A DNA stretch of 64,000 bases from assembly GCA_965206595.1 (NCBI GenBank), contig OZ242214.1, forward strand, positions 608,001 to 672,000, in the 5' to 3' direction. Of the stretch, positions 10,187 to 19,714 are shown piece by piece. The translations under genes were made by a program, and so were the position numbers. The notes beneath the pieces are model-generated. The model was not told where the DNA came from. It saw nothing but the letters and a program-made list of their open reading frames with translations, and searched no databases. Source of the stretch: Candidatus Latescibacterota bacterium. Its GTDB lineage: Bacteria; Latescibacterota; UBA2968; UBA8231. Positions within the stretch are counted from its first letter, which is position 1; every line of letters starts with the position of its first letter.

Positions 10187-10941
10187 CTACTCGAGGTAGA
10201 GCAGGGCAGGCCGCCCAGCTCGGTGATCACCGCGGTGTCCCTCGCCGCAGACCGGCATCTCTTCGGCCCATTCCTTCAGCTCCTCCGGCACGCATCCGCT
10301 GAACTGGTTGCCGCCGAAGCGCAGGTCCTCCAGCTTGGTCAGCTCCCCCAGCTCGGGAGGAATCTCACCCGTCAGCTCGTTGTCGTTGAGCCACACACCT
10401 GTACCCTTTTCAGCTGGCTCAGTTCGACCGGTATCGGGCCGCTCAGCATGTTGTCGTGAAGACGCAGGTCTTCCACGTTCTCCAGCTGGCCCAGCTCCGG
10501 TGGGATCGGTCCGCTCAGCTCGTTGGCGTCGAGGAACAGCACCTGCAGGCGGGCGAGCTGTGCCACCTCGGTCGGGACCGGTCCGGTCAACCCCTTGCCG
10601 GTGAGATCCAGCTCGGTCAGAACGAAATCCTCGACCACGATGTCTTCCCACTCGGATATCGGGGTGTCGGCGCTCCAGTCGAGGTCGGCGTCGTCGGCGT
10701 AGCGGTCGCGCAAGGCCAGCAGCATCTCGCAGTCCGCCACCAGGTCGGGGTGGTTATCCGGTTCCGGAACGACAACCCCGTTTGCGCACGCCCCGGCGTC
10801 TTCCTGCGCCGCCCCGGGAGCCGCCCATGCCGCCAGGCAGACACCGATAAGAAGGGTTGCCGGCAGGAGGGTACGGACCGCGAGCCACCTGTCGGCGTAC
10901 CCCCCTCTGGTTGCGGAGGGCCGGTTACAATTCAGATCCAT
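10187..10941 (-). pseudogene. Secreted plant-type leucine-rich-repeat protein, frameshifted near 10395
   Basis: LxGPIPxELGQL repeats continue in another frame (WLNDNELTGEIPPELGEL...FSGCVP); one base is missing in gtgtgtgg. Confidence 0.75.
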
Positions 10942-11161
10942 GAGAAGTCCTTCGGTTTTCCGGGAAAGTGAAGCAGGTTGACATGCTGCTCGTCTGCGGC
11001 TGGAAAAAACTCACCCATGGACCCCTCCCGGTAAAGGGACCGGAACGGGGGGCAGCATCCATCGAAACTGCCACAGCCGAACAGACTGCAGGTGGGTCTG
11101 GTGCGCCCTGGCGCCATCGCGGATGGAGAAGTCCGTGGCCCCGGAGTCCGGGGGCGCGGGC

Positions 11162-11998
11162 CTATCTGGGCCTGGGAGCGGGAACCTCGTTTCCTTCGGG
11201 GCGCTCCCGGTGCCGCCAGTATCCGAACGGGGCGCCGCCGCGGGCGACGATGGCGCTGGCTTCGCCGGTCTGCTCGAGGCGCACGTCGGGCGGGTTGTAG
11301 CGCAAGGTCAGGCCGCAGCGCCGGCGGGAAGAGTTGTTCGGCACCGAGCCGTGCAGCAGCAGGTCGCTGTGCAGCGACACCTGGCCCGCTTTCATGACGA
11401 AAGAAACCGGCTCGTCCCCCCAGTCGAGCGGGTTCGGCACCGACTGGCTGAGCACGTTGGCCGACATGTCGTCGAGTTTCTCGTACGGGATCTGCCCGTG
11501 CAGGTGGGAACCGGGGATCACCGTCATCGGCCCGTTGTCCGTGCCGACGTCGTCTATGGCCAGCCATACGGTCACGATCTTGCTTGGCGTGATCGCCCAG
11601 TAGGAAGCGTCCTGGTGCCAGGCGACCTGCTTTTTCTCCCCCGGTTCCTTGCAGAAGAAATGGGTCATTGTGCAGATGAGATCCGGGCCGAGCAGGTCCT
11701 CGACGAAATCGAGGATGCGGGGCTCGACCGCGAGATCGTAGATGGCGGAACAGTACCTGTCCCAGCCGTTGATCGAATAGCTGTTGTGGCCGGCGGCCGC
11801 GGCCCGCTGCATCAGGTCGTCGAACCAGGCGCGGTTCGCCCCGGCTTGGGATTCGTCGAAGACGTCGAGGGGAAAGACGAACCCCTTCCGGTTGAACTGG
11901 TCGACCTGGGCGCGGGTGAGGGTTTTGGGGTGCCTGGTCCCGGCGGGGAAGAAGCGCAGGTCCCGCTCCATCTGGGGCTGGGCGTCAGTCAGCAGCAT
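11162..11998 (-). CDS. Phytanoyl-CoA dioxygenase (PhyH) family protein
   Basis: WHQD, VWLAIDD, NGPM..IPGSH and LLHGS motifs. Confidence 0.88.
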   Translation of the reverse strand: MLLTDAQPQMERDLRFFPAGTRHPKTLTRAQVDQFNRKGFVFPLDVFDESQAGANRAWFDDLMQRAAAAGHNSYSINGWDRYCSAIYDLAVEPRILDFVEDLLGPDLICTMTHFFCKEPGEKKQVAWHQDASYWAITPSKIVTVWLAIDDVGTDNGPMTVIPGSHLHGQIPYEKLDDMSANVLSQSVPNPLDWGDEPVSFVMKAGQVSLHSDLLLHGSVPNNSSRRRCGLTLRYNPPDVRLEQTGEASAIVARGGAPFGYWRHRERPEGNEVPAPRPR

Positions 11999-12344
11999 GG
12001 GCGAATAGTAACGCGGGTACAAGGGGGCGGGCAACGGCCGGGGAAGGCCGGGGCACGTGGTTACATTCCGGTCCGGCGCCGTTCTCTTGCTATTCCCGTA
12101 CACTGGCGCCACTACGGGAAATGTGACCCCGACTCCCGAATTATCAATATAAATGTTGAGTTGTATCCCAAAAAATCGATGACGAAGAGATTGTGCTCCC
12201 GGCCGCCCTGGTGACGGCGACTTGCCTCTGGTCACCCGGTTTGCTCGATCCGGGGTGTTTTGTCCAAGGTCGGGTCCATCGTAAGATACCCCGGCGAAAT
12301 CCGCTGCAGTAAGAAGAACCTCCCTTTTTTCCGGCGCCTTCCAA

Positions 12345-13523
12345 ATGCCCAGCCTGCCGACCACCGGAGCTTTTCTTTCCCCGTGGCATGCCGCCGTTGC
12401 CGCGCTCCTGCTCCTGGCCCCGGTCCACGCGCTTCAGGCCCAGCGGGAGGCCGCTGCTGAAACAGAGGCTCAAGAGCTGTACAAGAGCGCTTTCAGGGCC
12501 CTCGCCGACGGGCAGTACGACGCGGCTTACGACTATCTGGGCGAAATAACCGACAGGTATCCCCGAACCCTGTACGCCGCCTCCGCCGCCGAGCGGAAGA
12601 AACGCCTCGAAGAGCTGGGCCTGCATCGGGCCTCCAACGGTCCCGCCGACCAGGCGGGCCGCACCGGGGCGCTCGTGTACGGCACCCTCTACTCCACCTG
12701 GCTGGGCGTGGGCACCGCCATCGTCACGGGCGCGGACTCGGACCAGGCCCTGGCCGCGGGCATGATGACCGGCGCCCCCGCCGGCCTGCTCACCACCCAT
12801 CTCCTGACCCGGGGCCGGGCCCTGAGTCCGGGGCAGGGAGCCCTCGTCCGGCTCGGCGGTCTCTGGGGAACCTGGCAGGGGTTCGGATGGACCGTCGCCT
12901 CCGGAGACGAACTTTCCGACCGGCGGCTGACCGCGTTTTCGATGGCTGGGGGACTGGCGGGCATCGCCGGCAGTGCGGCGCTCACCCGCGTTGCCGACGT
13001 CAGCGCGGGCGACGCCAGTCTTCTCGACTACGCGGGACTCTGGGGAACGTGGTTCGGATTCTGCCTTTCGGTCATGGCCGAAGCGGAAGACGACGGGGTC
13101 CTGAAGAGTTCCCTGACAGGGGGGAACCTCGGCCTCGCGGCCATGGCGATGCTGGTCCCCCGGATCGAGCTGAGCCGGGAGCAGGCCCGCCTGATCAACC
13201 TGGGGGGAGTCGCGGGCACCTTCGTGGCCAGCGGCATTGTCGGCCTGATCGCCCTGGGAGAAAGCTTCGATAGTGCCACGGTGCCCATGGGCATGGTGAC
13301 GGCGGGAGGCATCGCCGGGCTCTGGTCGGGTTTCGCGATCAGGCAGCATGAACTCCCATCCGGGGTTTCAGCCCGGGCCGGTGCCCACGCGACAGTGGGA
13401 TGGGGCGGGGCAGTACACGCCCCCAGGGTACCCGTCCCCGCCGCTGCCGGGAGGTTGACCGGGGTACCCCTGCCTCATCGCTCGGCAGCCATCCGCGCGG
13501 TCCTGCTGACCATCAGGTTCTGA
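12345..13523 (+). CDS. Membrane protein with N-terminal TPR/BamD-like hairpin and glycine-zipper repeats (paralog 1)
   Basis: Signal peptide; GQYDAA...ITDRYP; repeated GxxWGxWxG helices; ends in IRF. Confidence 0.6.
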   Translation: MPSLPTTGAFLSPWHAAVAALLLLAPVHALQAQREAAAETEAQELYKSAFRALADGQYDAAYDYLGEITDRYPRTLYAASAAERKKRLEELGLHRASNGPADQAGRTGALVYGTLYSTWLGVGTAIVTGADSDQALAAGMMTGAPAGLLTTHLLTRGRALSPGQGALVRLGGLWGTWQGFGWTVASGDELSDRRLTAFSMAGGLAGIAGSAALTRVADVSAGDASLLDYAGLWGTWFGFCLSVMAEAEDDGVLKSSLTGGNLGLAAMAMLVPRIELSREQARLINLGGVAGTFVASGIVGLIALGESFDSATVPMGMVTAGGIAGLWSGFAIRQHELPSGVSARAGAHATVGWGGAVHAPRVPVPAAAGRLTGVPLPHRSAAIRAVLLTIRF

Positions 13524-13532
13524 ACAGAAGCC

Positions 13533-14675
13533 ATGCTCTCCAAAAGATGGGCGATCCCTGGTCTTTGCGCGGTCTTCTGGCTGCCGGGGCAACTCTGCGC
13601 TCGGCAGGAAGCAGAGCCGCCCGAGGGCCTGGAAGCCAGGATCCTGTACGAAGCCACGGCCGGACTGATGGACCGGGGGGAGTACGACAAGGCCCTGCGG
13701 CGCCTCCACTGGATTACCGCGGATTACAAAGAAAGTGGGTACGCCGCCCTGGCCCGCCAGAGGAGGATGGAGATCCGCCGCATGAAGAGCGTCGAGATCG
13801 CCATCAGCCCTCCCGCCAGGGTGGGGCTGACCGTCTTCGGAACCCTGTACGCGACCTGGGTCGGCCTCGGCACAGGGATCCTGGCAGAATCCGAGGAACT
13901 GGTCTACATGGGGATGATCGCCGGGCCCGTGGTCGGCATGATAACCACTCTCGATTGGACCCGGGGAGCACCGCTCGGCAACGGGCAGGCTTCCCTGCTC
14001 GCCCTCGGCGGAGCCTGGGGGACCTGGCAGGGAATAGGAGCGGCGGTCCTGGCCGGCAGCGGCTACAAGACGGTGGTCGGGGCGAGCATGGGCGGGGGCG
14101 CCCTGGGGCTGGCCGCCGCCTCTTCCATCGTTGGCCGGACCTGGGTGACCGCCGGCGAGGCGACCCTGGTCAACTTCGGGGGTATATGGGGCGCCTGGTT
14201 CGCGCTGTGCGCCGCAAAAAGCCTGGAGGTGACGGACAGCGACGCGCTTCTCGCCAGCGCCATGACCGGAGGAAACCTGGGTCTGTTGAAAATGGGAGTT
14301 CTCGCCCCCCGTATGGGGATGAGCGGAGGACGGGCGCGGCTGGTCAATCTCGGTGGGATCGTCGGCTCTCTCTACGGCCTGGGAACCGCGGTCCTGGCCG
14401 ATCTCCACCACCGGGACCGTCCGACCTACGCCATGATGCTGGCCGGGGGGATCCTGGGACTCGGGGCCGGGACCTGGTTCACCCGGGACTACGAGGCCGC
14501 TCAGGAGTTTTTCGCCTCGAGGGACGCCGGCCGCTCCCGGGACGCCGGAGCGTACGTGACGGGCCCGGGCCTGCCTATGGCGGGGTTGTTTCCTTCCCCG
14601 GGGACCGTTCACCGGAAGGGTATGGACGCGTCGGTCCTTGCGGTGAAGGTGGAACTGGTGGGCATCAGGTTCTGA
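13533..14675 (+). CDS. Membrane protein with TPR-like hairpin and glycine-zipper repeats (paralog 2)
   Basis: Collinear similarity to 12345-13523; both genes end catcaggttctga. Confidence 0.6.
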   Translation: MLSKRWAIPGLCAVFWLPGQLCARQEAEPPEGLEARILYEATAGLMDRGEYDKALRRLHWITADYKESGYAALARQRRMEIRRMKSVEIAISPPARVGLTVFGTLYATWVGLGTGILAESEELVYMGMIAGPVVGMITTLDWTRGAPLGNGQASLLALGGAWGTWQGIGAAVLAGSGYKTVVGASMGGGALGLAAASSIVGRTWVTAGEATLVNFGGIWGAWFALCAAKSLEVTDSDALLASAMTGGNLGLLKMGVLAPRMGMSGGRARLVNLGGIVGSLYGLGTAVLADLHHRDRPTYAMMLAGGILGLGAGTWFTRDYEAAQEFFASRDAGRSRDAGAYVTGPGLPMAGLFPSPGTVHRKGMDASVLAVKVELVGIRF

Positions 14676-14789
14676 GGCGGAGACCGGGTGCCCGGTGCAC
14701 GCATACGACGCCAACGCACCCGGACAACCAAGGGAACAGGGCGCCGGTTGAGCGGTTGGCGCCCGCAAACCTATACGCGCCCCCCAACA

Positions 14790-15016
14790 GCAGCGGCGCA
14801 GAGGGAATTGCGGACCCGTAGGCGGAGTCGCGCTTCCGGGCCTGCTGGAACCGCCCTCGACCGCGCCCGTGAAGGCAGCGATACCGGAAGGATTGCCGGA
14901 CCGGTGTGGGGAATCGCGGCTCCCCGCCCCCTGGAACCGCCCTCGACCACGGCCGTGAACGACAGCTGGACCGGAGGGATTGCCGGACCCGTGTCTCGAG
15001 TCGGCGCTTCCGGCCC
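14790..15016. repeat. Degenerate ~86-87 bp tandem repeat, about 2.6 copies
   Basis: ctggaaccgccctcgacc at 14845 and 14931; ccgga(a/g)ggattgccggacc at 14884 and 14971; weaker copy near 14798. Confidence 0.8.
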
Positions 15017-15062
15017 CGATTGCCGCCGGCTCCGTGTCAGGCGCCGTACAAATCGAAAAGAA

Positions 15063-15923
15063 TCAGCCGCTGACCGGGTGGGCGTCCATGATCTCGTCCC
15101 ACTCCTCCACGCCGGTGCAGACCGCGCCCGGATCGGCGGCGCTGCGGGCGATGAAGCCGGGGACGCCATCGCGTCCGGTCGGCATGGCCGGGTCGCTGTA
15201 GCGCAGGTCGAGGCTCCAGCGGATGTGGTCGGAGCGATTGGGAATGGAGCGGTGCAGGGTCTTGTGCATGATCAGCAGCACGCCGCCCACGGCGATTTCG
15301 CACGTGACCTGCTCCCCGGGAGGCAGGTGCTCGTCGGGGATACCCTTGAAGTTGGCGGCCGGCCCCATGCCGTGCTCGTGCGGGATCAGGGGGGCCTTGT
15401 GGCTGCCGGCGATTACCTCCATGCAGCCGTTCTCGCGGGTCGCGTCGACCATCGGGATCCAGAAGTTCACCATGAAGGTGTCCGAGGCGTCCGGCTGCAG
15501 GTAGCCGAGGTCCTGGTGCCAGGGCACGACCCCTTCGTCCTGGCCGGGCAGCTTGGCGCGCAGGTTGAACTGGGGGTGGGCGAGGATCTCCGGGCCGATG
15601 ACCGACTCGACGATGTCGAGGATGGCCGGGGCGGTGACGATCGCGAACATGCCCGGGGTGCGCAGCTTGCCGTGAAACGGCCGCAGCATCTCCGCGGGAT
15701 GACCGAGCGCCTCGGCGACGCGGGCGAGACGGTGGGAGAACGGCTCGTTTTCGAACAGGTCGTCGAGCCGCCCCTCCGCATGGGCGCGTTCCGCGGCCGC
15801 GGAGACCATCCCGTCGAGCTCCCCTTTCAGGCGGTCGAACAGGGAGGGGTCGAACACGTCTTCGGTCAGCAGGTAGCCCTGCTGCTTGTAGAGGTCGAGC
15901 TGTCGCTCGCTCAGTCCCGGCAT
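15063..15923 (-). CDS. PhyH family dioxygenase
   Basis: PWHQD, NGCMEVIAGSH and TLHRS motifs. Confidence 0.88.
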   Translation of the reverse strand: MPGLSERQLDLYKQQGYLLTEDVFDPSLFDRLKGELDGMVSAAAERAHAEGRLDDLFENEPFSHRLARVAEALGHPAEMLRPFHGKLRTPGMFAIVTAPAILDIVESVIGPEILAHPQFNLRAKLPGQDEGVVPWHQDLGYLQPDASDTFMVNFWIPMVDATRENGCMEVIAGSHKAPLIPHEHGMGPAANFKGIPDEHLPPGEQVTCEIAVGGVLLIMHKTLHRSIPNRSDHIRWSLDLRYSDPAMPTGRDGVPGFIARSAADPGAVCTGVEEWDEIMDAHPVSG

Positions 15924-15945
15924 GCTGGTTTCTCCTCGAGCTTTG

Positions 15946-16896
15946 TCAGGGCAGCGGTCCCTCGATCCGGTCGACGAGCTCTATGGTGTGGATCACGTCG
16001 CGCAGATCGGTCAGGGGCACGTTGCCGTTCCGGATACAGTCCAAAAAATGCTCGTGCATGGTGAGGGTGCCTTCGTAGGCCCGCACGTCCTCTTCGGGGA
16101 CGCCGTCGACCTCCCAGCCGCCCATGACGGTGGTCTCGCCGTCCTCGAGGATCTCGATCTCCCCGGGGATCTTCATGTAGCAGCCGATGCCGACGCCGTG
16201 CAGCTCGGAGCGCAGCACGCGTCCCCCCGAGGCGCGGTTGCCGAAGACGACCCCGGTGGCGCCGCTGTCGAAGCGGATCATCGAGGTGTAGCAGTTGCGG
16301 CTCCGGCTGCCGAAACAGTCGCGGTACGCCTTGACCTCGAGCGGCTCGCCGCCGGCCAGGTGGCGCAGCAGGTCGACGACGTGGACGACGTCGTCCCACA
16401 GGGTGGTGCTGAACTCGCGGCCGTCGCCGCCGAGGATCTGCTTGTTGAAGGTGACGCTGGCGACCGAGACCGACCCCTTGGCGGCGACGCGGCGCACGGC
16501 CTCGCGGTTGACCGCGGCGTAGCGGCGCTGTAGGCCGACGATGCACCAGACGTCGTTGGCGACCGCGGCGTCGAGCATCTGCCGGGTCTCGGCGCTGTTG
16601 GCGCCCGGCGGCTTTTCGATGAACAGGTGCTTGCCGGCGTTGAGGCAGTCGAGGGCCGGGCGCAGCAGCCACTTCTCGTGCATGACGCAGTAGACGACGT
16701 CGAGGTCGACCGCGGCGAGCATCTCGCGGTGGTCGCTGAAGGTCCTGTCGAAGCCGTACTCGTCGACGACGAGCTGCATCCGTTCCGGGTCGAGCTCGCA
16801 GACGGCGACGATGTCGACGCCGTCGAGGCGGGCGAGGGCGGGGTAGTGGGCGCTGCGGGCACGGCCGCCGGCGCCGATGAATCCTGCTTTCAGCAT
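15946..16896 (-). CDS. Gfo/Idh/MocA family oxidoreductase
   Basis: GFIGAGG and GKHLFIEKP motifs. Confidence 0.88.
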   Translation of the reverse strand: MLKAGFIGAGGRARSAHYPALARLDGVDIVAVCELDPERMQLVVDEYGFDRTFSDHREMLAAVDLDVVYCVMHEKWLLRPALDCLNAGKHLFIEKPPGANSAETRQMLDAAVANDVWCIVGLQRRYAAVNREAVRRVAAKGSVSVASVTFNKQILGGDGREFSTTLWDDVVHVVDLLRHLAGGEPLEVKAYRDCFGSRSRNCYTSMIRFDSGATGVVFGNRASGGRVLRSELHGVGIGCYMKIPGEIEILEDGETTVMGGWEVDGVPEEDVRAYEGTLTMHEHFLDCIRNGNVPLTDLRDVIHTIELVDRIEGPLP

Positions 16897-16917
16897 GGGT
16901 GGGTCCTCATCCTGTTT

Positions 16918-17409
16918 TTACCAATCCTCTCCAACAACCTGTTTGAGCACGGATCGAATGAAATGATCGTCGAAATATAGACCTGATCGCCGTAATTCCT
17001 GGAAAATCTTGCCGGCGGACGGGACCAGTCCCTGTCTCTTTGCACGCAACACGACCCCCAATGTCCCGATGACGGGTACACCTACTGCCCGGGCACAGGC
17101 CCGGGCAGTAGCGTCATCTACTACCGCCGTCCAGCCAGGTTTTTCCAAAGCGACCGAAAGTACCTCCGTCTCTCCCGCCCCCAAGCTCCAGCCCAGGATT
17201 TCGGGCCGGATACCAGATTTAGCCAACCTGTTGCCCCAGCCACTTTCCAAGGCACGACGTCCAGGGTCATTCACCGGGCCTGCCGTGACTTCTGTAGCAA
17301 CCGCCGGTGGAATACATACCTCGGGCACCAATCCAACAAGCAGGTCCAGACGGTCGACTTTGGCCAGAGTGATGATAGGGGAGGCATTGAGCACCCAACC
17401 TTCAATCAC
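16918..17409 (-). CDS. DUF3368 PIN-domain toxin-like protein
   Basis: NASPII, LGAGETE, VVDD, GTLGVVLRAK motifs; GTG start overlaps the UPF0175 stop. Confidence 0.85.
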   Translation of the reverse strand: MIEGWVLNASPIITLAKVDRLDLLVGLVPEVCIPPAVATEVTAGPVNDPGRRALESGWGNRLAKSGIRPEILGWSLGAGETEVLSVALEKPGWTAVVDDATARACARAVGVPVIGTLGVVLRAKRQGLVPSAGKIFQELRRSGLYFDDHFIRSVLKQVVGEDW

Positions 17410-17653
17410 GGTTTGCTTCCTCAACTACTTCGGAAAGATCATACTGAAATACGGAAACCTGGAACCTTCCCAGGGCGGAAATAAATTGACTGCGGGACAG
17501 GCCGGAAATTTCCGCGGCCCGGCCTTGGGAGACCTGCCCCATCTCATACCATTTCACGGCGGCAGCCAAACGCAACTCTTTGGCGAAACGATCGGGGTCT
17601 TTCCTCAACGAGGCAAACACGTCTTCGGAGAATTCAAAGGAAACCGTTACCAT
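17402..17653 (-). CDS. UPF0175 family antitoxin-like protein
   Basis: LAAAVKWYEMGQVSQGRAAEISGLSR. Confidence 0.85.
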   Translation of the reverse strand: MVTVSFEFSEDVFASLRKDPDRFAKELRLAAAVKWYEMGQVSQGRAAEISGLSRSQFISALGRFQVSVFQYDLSEVVEEANRD

Positions 17654-17766
17654 GTAATCCCTCCTGAAGGCTACAGTTTTTGGATATCGGAAACTTCTGT
17701 CGCTGTACTATCTCGGGCTACTGTCGTCTCATGGATGGTAAACCTGGGGTCAGTTCCGGCATAAGT

Positions 17767-18027
17767 CTATTGGAAAAGCGTCTGTAGTTCCTCGCGGATC
17801 ACTTTGCGCAAGGTTTCCTCCAGGACAGCATCCTGAACCTGGATATGTTGACGCAATGCCTCGTTGATCAAGGTCTGATAATTGCCTCCGCCGGCCTCGT
17901 GTACCTGGTTCCTGAACCAGTTCAACACATCCGTGTCCAAGCGTATCGTGATTCGCGTTTTACCAGGAGCGGCAGGAACGAGTGCGCCTTGTCTGGCCTG
18001 GGTAAAGTCAAATTCTTCCTTGCTCAT
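17767..18027 (-). CDS. brnA: BrnA family antitoxin
   Basis: KTRITIRLDTDVLNWFR...GGGNYQTLINEALR. Confidence 0.85.
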   Translation of the reverse strand: MSKEEFDFTQARQGALVPAAPGKTRITIRLDTDVLNWFRNQVHEAGGGNYQTLINEALRQHIQVQDAVLEETLRKVIREELQTLFQ

Positions 18028-18085
18028 TGTGTCTCCCACTCGGCCTGGCTGGTCGGGCTTTGGCGACATCCCACTGACAACCCAT
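18024..18085 (-). pseudogene. Internally deleted BrnT toxin remnant
   Basis: Starts MGCQWDVAKAR (BrnT-like N-terminus) and reaches the brnA start within 62 bp. Confidence 0.45.
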
Positions 18086-18273
18086 TTTTGCAATATATGC
18101 ACAAATGATGCACAATCAAGATGTCTATTGTCACGCATCTCCATTTTATCCGTCACGCCCCGTCTGTGGGAAGGCCTGGACGAAGGCGACAAGGCGGTTA
18201 CTACAGCCGCAACCACCCCCCCGGCGAGCCGACCCTGAGGCTCTGACCTCGCCCCGCAAAGAAAGGAAATCCC

Positions 18274-19173
18274 GTGGACAACCCGACCGGATGGAGATGT
18301 GTCCTCGAGCTCGACGCCGCCCGCAACCTCTCCGGCGGCAGCGGGAAGGCCCTGGCCGCAGCGGTCGGCGCCGGCCAGGACCTGCGCATCTACACCGAGT
18401 TCCGCCACAACGAGCATATCGACGTGACCTCCGACGACGACGAGCTCGTCCAGGAAGTCGCCGAATTCCGCGTCACCTACCTCGCCGACGGCCGCTGGGT
18501 CGCCGGTATCATGAGCCTGCGGCAGCCGGTCGATCTCCCCCACGGCTTCGGGCCGCGCCCGTCGATGTCCTTCTTCCTCTACAACCAGGACGGCGGCCAG
18601 GCCATCGCCCGGCCCTGTCTCGACGGCGAATCTCCGCGCGGCGCCCCCGGTCCTGCCGCGCCCCCGTCGCCGGGGACCATGCCGAAGTACCACGCGCAGG
18701 ACAGCTGGGACACGGACACCAACGCCCCGAGCTACAACTTCGTCTACGACTTCGACCGCTTCCGCTTCAACGTCAGCGACCGCTGGCGGCAGGTACTCGC
18801 CCACGGCGCCGACGGCAGCGTCAGCGACGGCTCGGTCGCCGAGCTCGCCGACGCGTTCGCGCGCGGCAGCGCCGTCAAGGTCGGCATCGAGGGCCTGTGC
18901 GCCGAGCTCGGCGGCGACGGCCTGCGGCACGAGCTCTTCGTCGAAACCCACTCCGGCTACTACTACACCGACCGGCGCCTGTTCATCGCCGGCACCCAAC
19001 CCGTAATCCGGGTGCGGCCCGCGATCCCGATGCGCTACGAGAGCGGCAACTGGGACTTCGGCTGGCTCGTCGTGCGCACCGACGGCGCCGTCGCGTTCCG
19101 GCGCTGCGACCCGTACAGCCTCGCCTTCGACGACCGCGAGCTCAGGTGCGGGATGCGCTGGTTCGTCGACTGA
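18274..19173 (+). CDS. Conserved hypothetical protein with an internally duplicated domain
   Basis: SD aaggaa plus GTG; high-GC codon usage; WRCVL...GS..ALAAAV..GQDLRI and WRQVL...GS..ELADAF..GSAVKV. Confidence 0.7.
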   Translation: MDNPTGWRCVLELDAARNLSGGSGKALAAAVGAGQDLRIYTEFRHNEHIDVTSDDDELVQEVAEFRVTYLADGRWVAGIMSLRQPVDLPHGFGPRPSMSFFLYNQDGGQAIARPCLDGESPRGAPGPAAPPSPGTMPKYHAQDSWDTDTNAPSYNFVYDFDRFRFNVSDRWRQVLAHGADGSVSDGSVAELADAFARGSAVKVGIEGLCAELGGDGLRHELFVETHSGYYYTDRRLFIAGTQPVIRVRPAIPMRYESGNWDFGWLVVRTDGAVAFRRCDPYSLAFDDRELRCGMRWFVD

Positions 19174-19192
19174 GCTTCGCCTGCTGCCTTAC

Positions 19193-19226
19193 AAAAAAAC
19201 CGCCGGGGATTGCAACCCGGCGGTTT
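19193..19226 (-). terminator. Rho-independent terminator, possibly bidirectional
   Basis: aaaccgccggg-N8-cccggcggttt stem with an A7 tract, between convergent genes. Confidence 0.75.
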
Positions 19227-19300
19227 CCAGCGACTGCTGCTCCAGCAGCATCTTTTTCTTCCCCCCTCCTGCCTTCAGGGGGCAGTAGCACAATAGCAAT

Positions 19301-19576
19301 TCACTTCCCGCCGTTGCCGCCCTCCTGCTCCGCAGCCTCCACCAGGTTGCGGAATTCCTCCAGGCTGGCCACCTGGATCACCTGCCGATGCAATTGCTTG
19401 AGGCGTTGCACGTCACTGATGGCCGCAACGAGAGGGGCCAAACTGTCCGCCGCGCCGGGACCGAACCGAATCTCCAGCACGTCGCGGATACTCTCCTGGA
19501 GCCCTTGCTCAATGCCTTCCTCTCTGGCCTGTTGGGTGAGGTATTGAGCAAATGACGATTCGCGCAGGATATCCAT
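19301..19576 (-). CDS. Rpn/DUF4351-like C-terminal domain protein, remnant of a 5'-truncated gene
   Basis: MDILRESSFAQYL..AREEGIEQG..VLEIRFG; GGGAGG lies 5 nt before the ATG; upstream in-frame coding remnant to ~19665. Confidence 0.65.
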   Translation of the reverse strand: MDILRESSFAQYLTQQAREEGIEQGLQESIRDVLEIRFGPGAADSLAPLVAAISDVQRLKQLHRQVIQVASLEEFRNLVEAAEQEGGNGGK

Positions 19577-19679
19577 GACGCCCTCCCTGGAGATAAGATC
19601 AGAAATGGTTTCGGACCCGTAAACCAATCCGCTCAGAATCGAAAGGCCGGAGAGCAGGTTGGCTGTATTTCGATATTTT

Positions 19680-19699
19680 AGTTAGTTCCATTACTAACT
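19680..19699 (+). promoter_or_regulatory. AT-rich inverted repeat (putative operator)
   Basis: AGTTAGT-N6-ACTAACT directly before the AAGGAGG SD of the next gene. Confidence 0.4.
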
Positions 19700-19714
19700 T
19701 AAAAGGAGGTTAGC

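Noticed and set aside
14790-15016. CRISPR array
   Set aside because: The units are similar along their whole length, there are no unique spacers, fewer than 3 copies, and no cas genes
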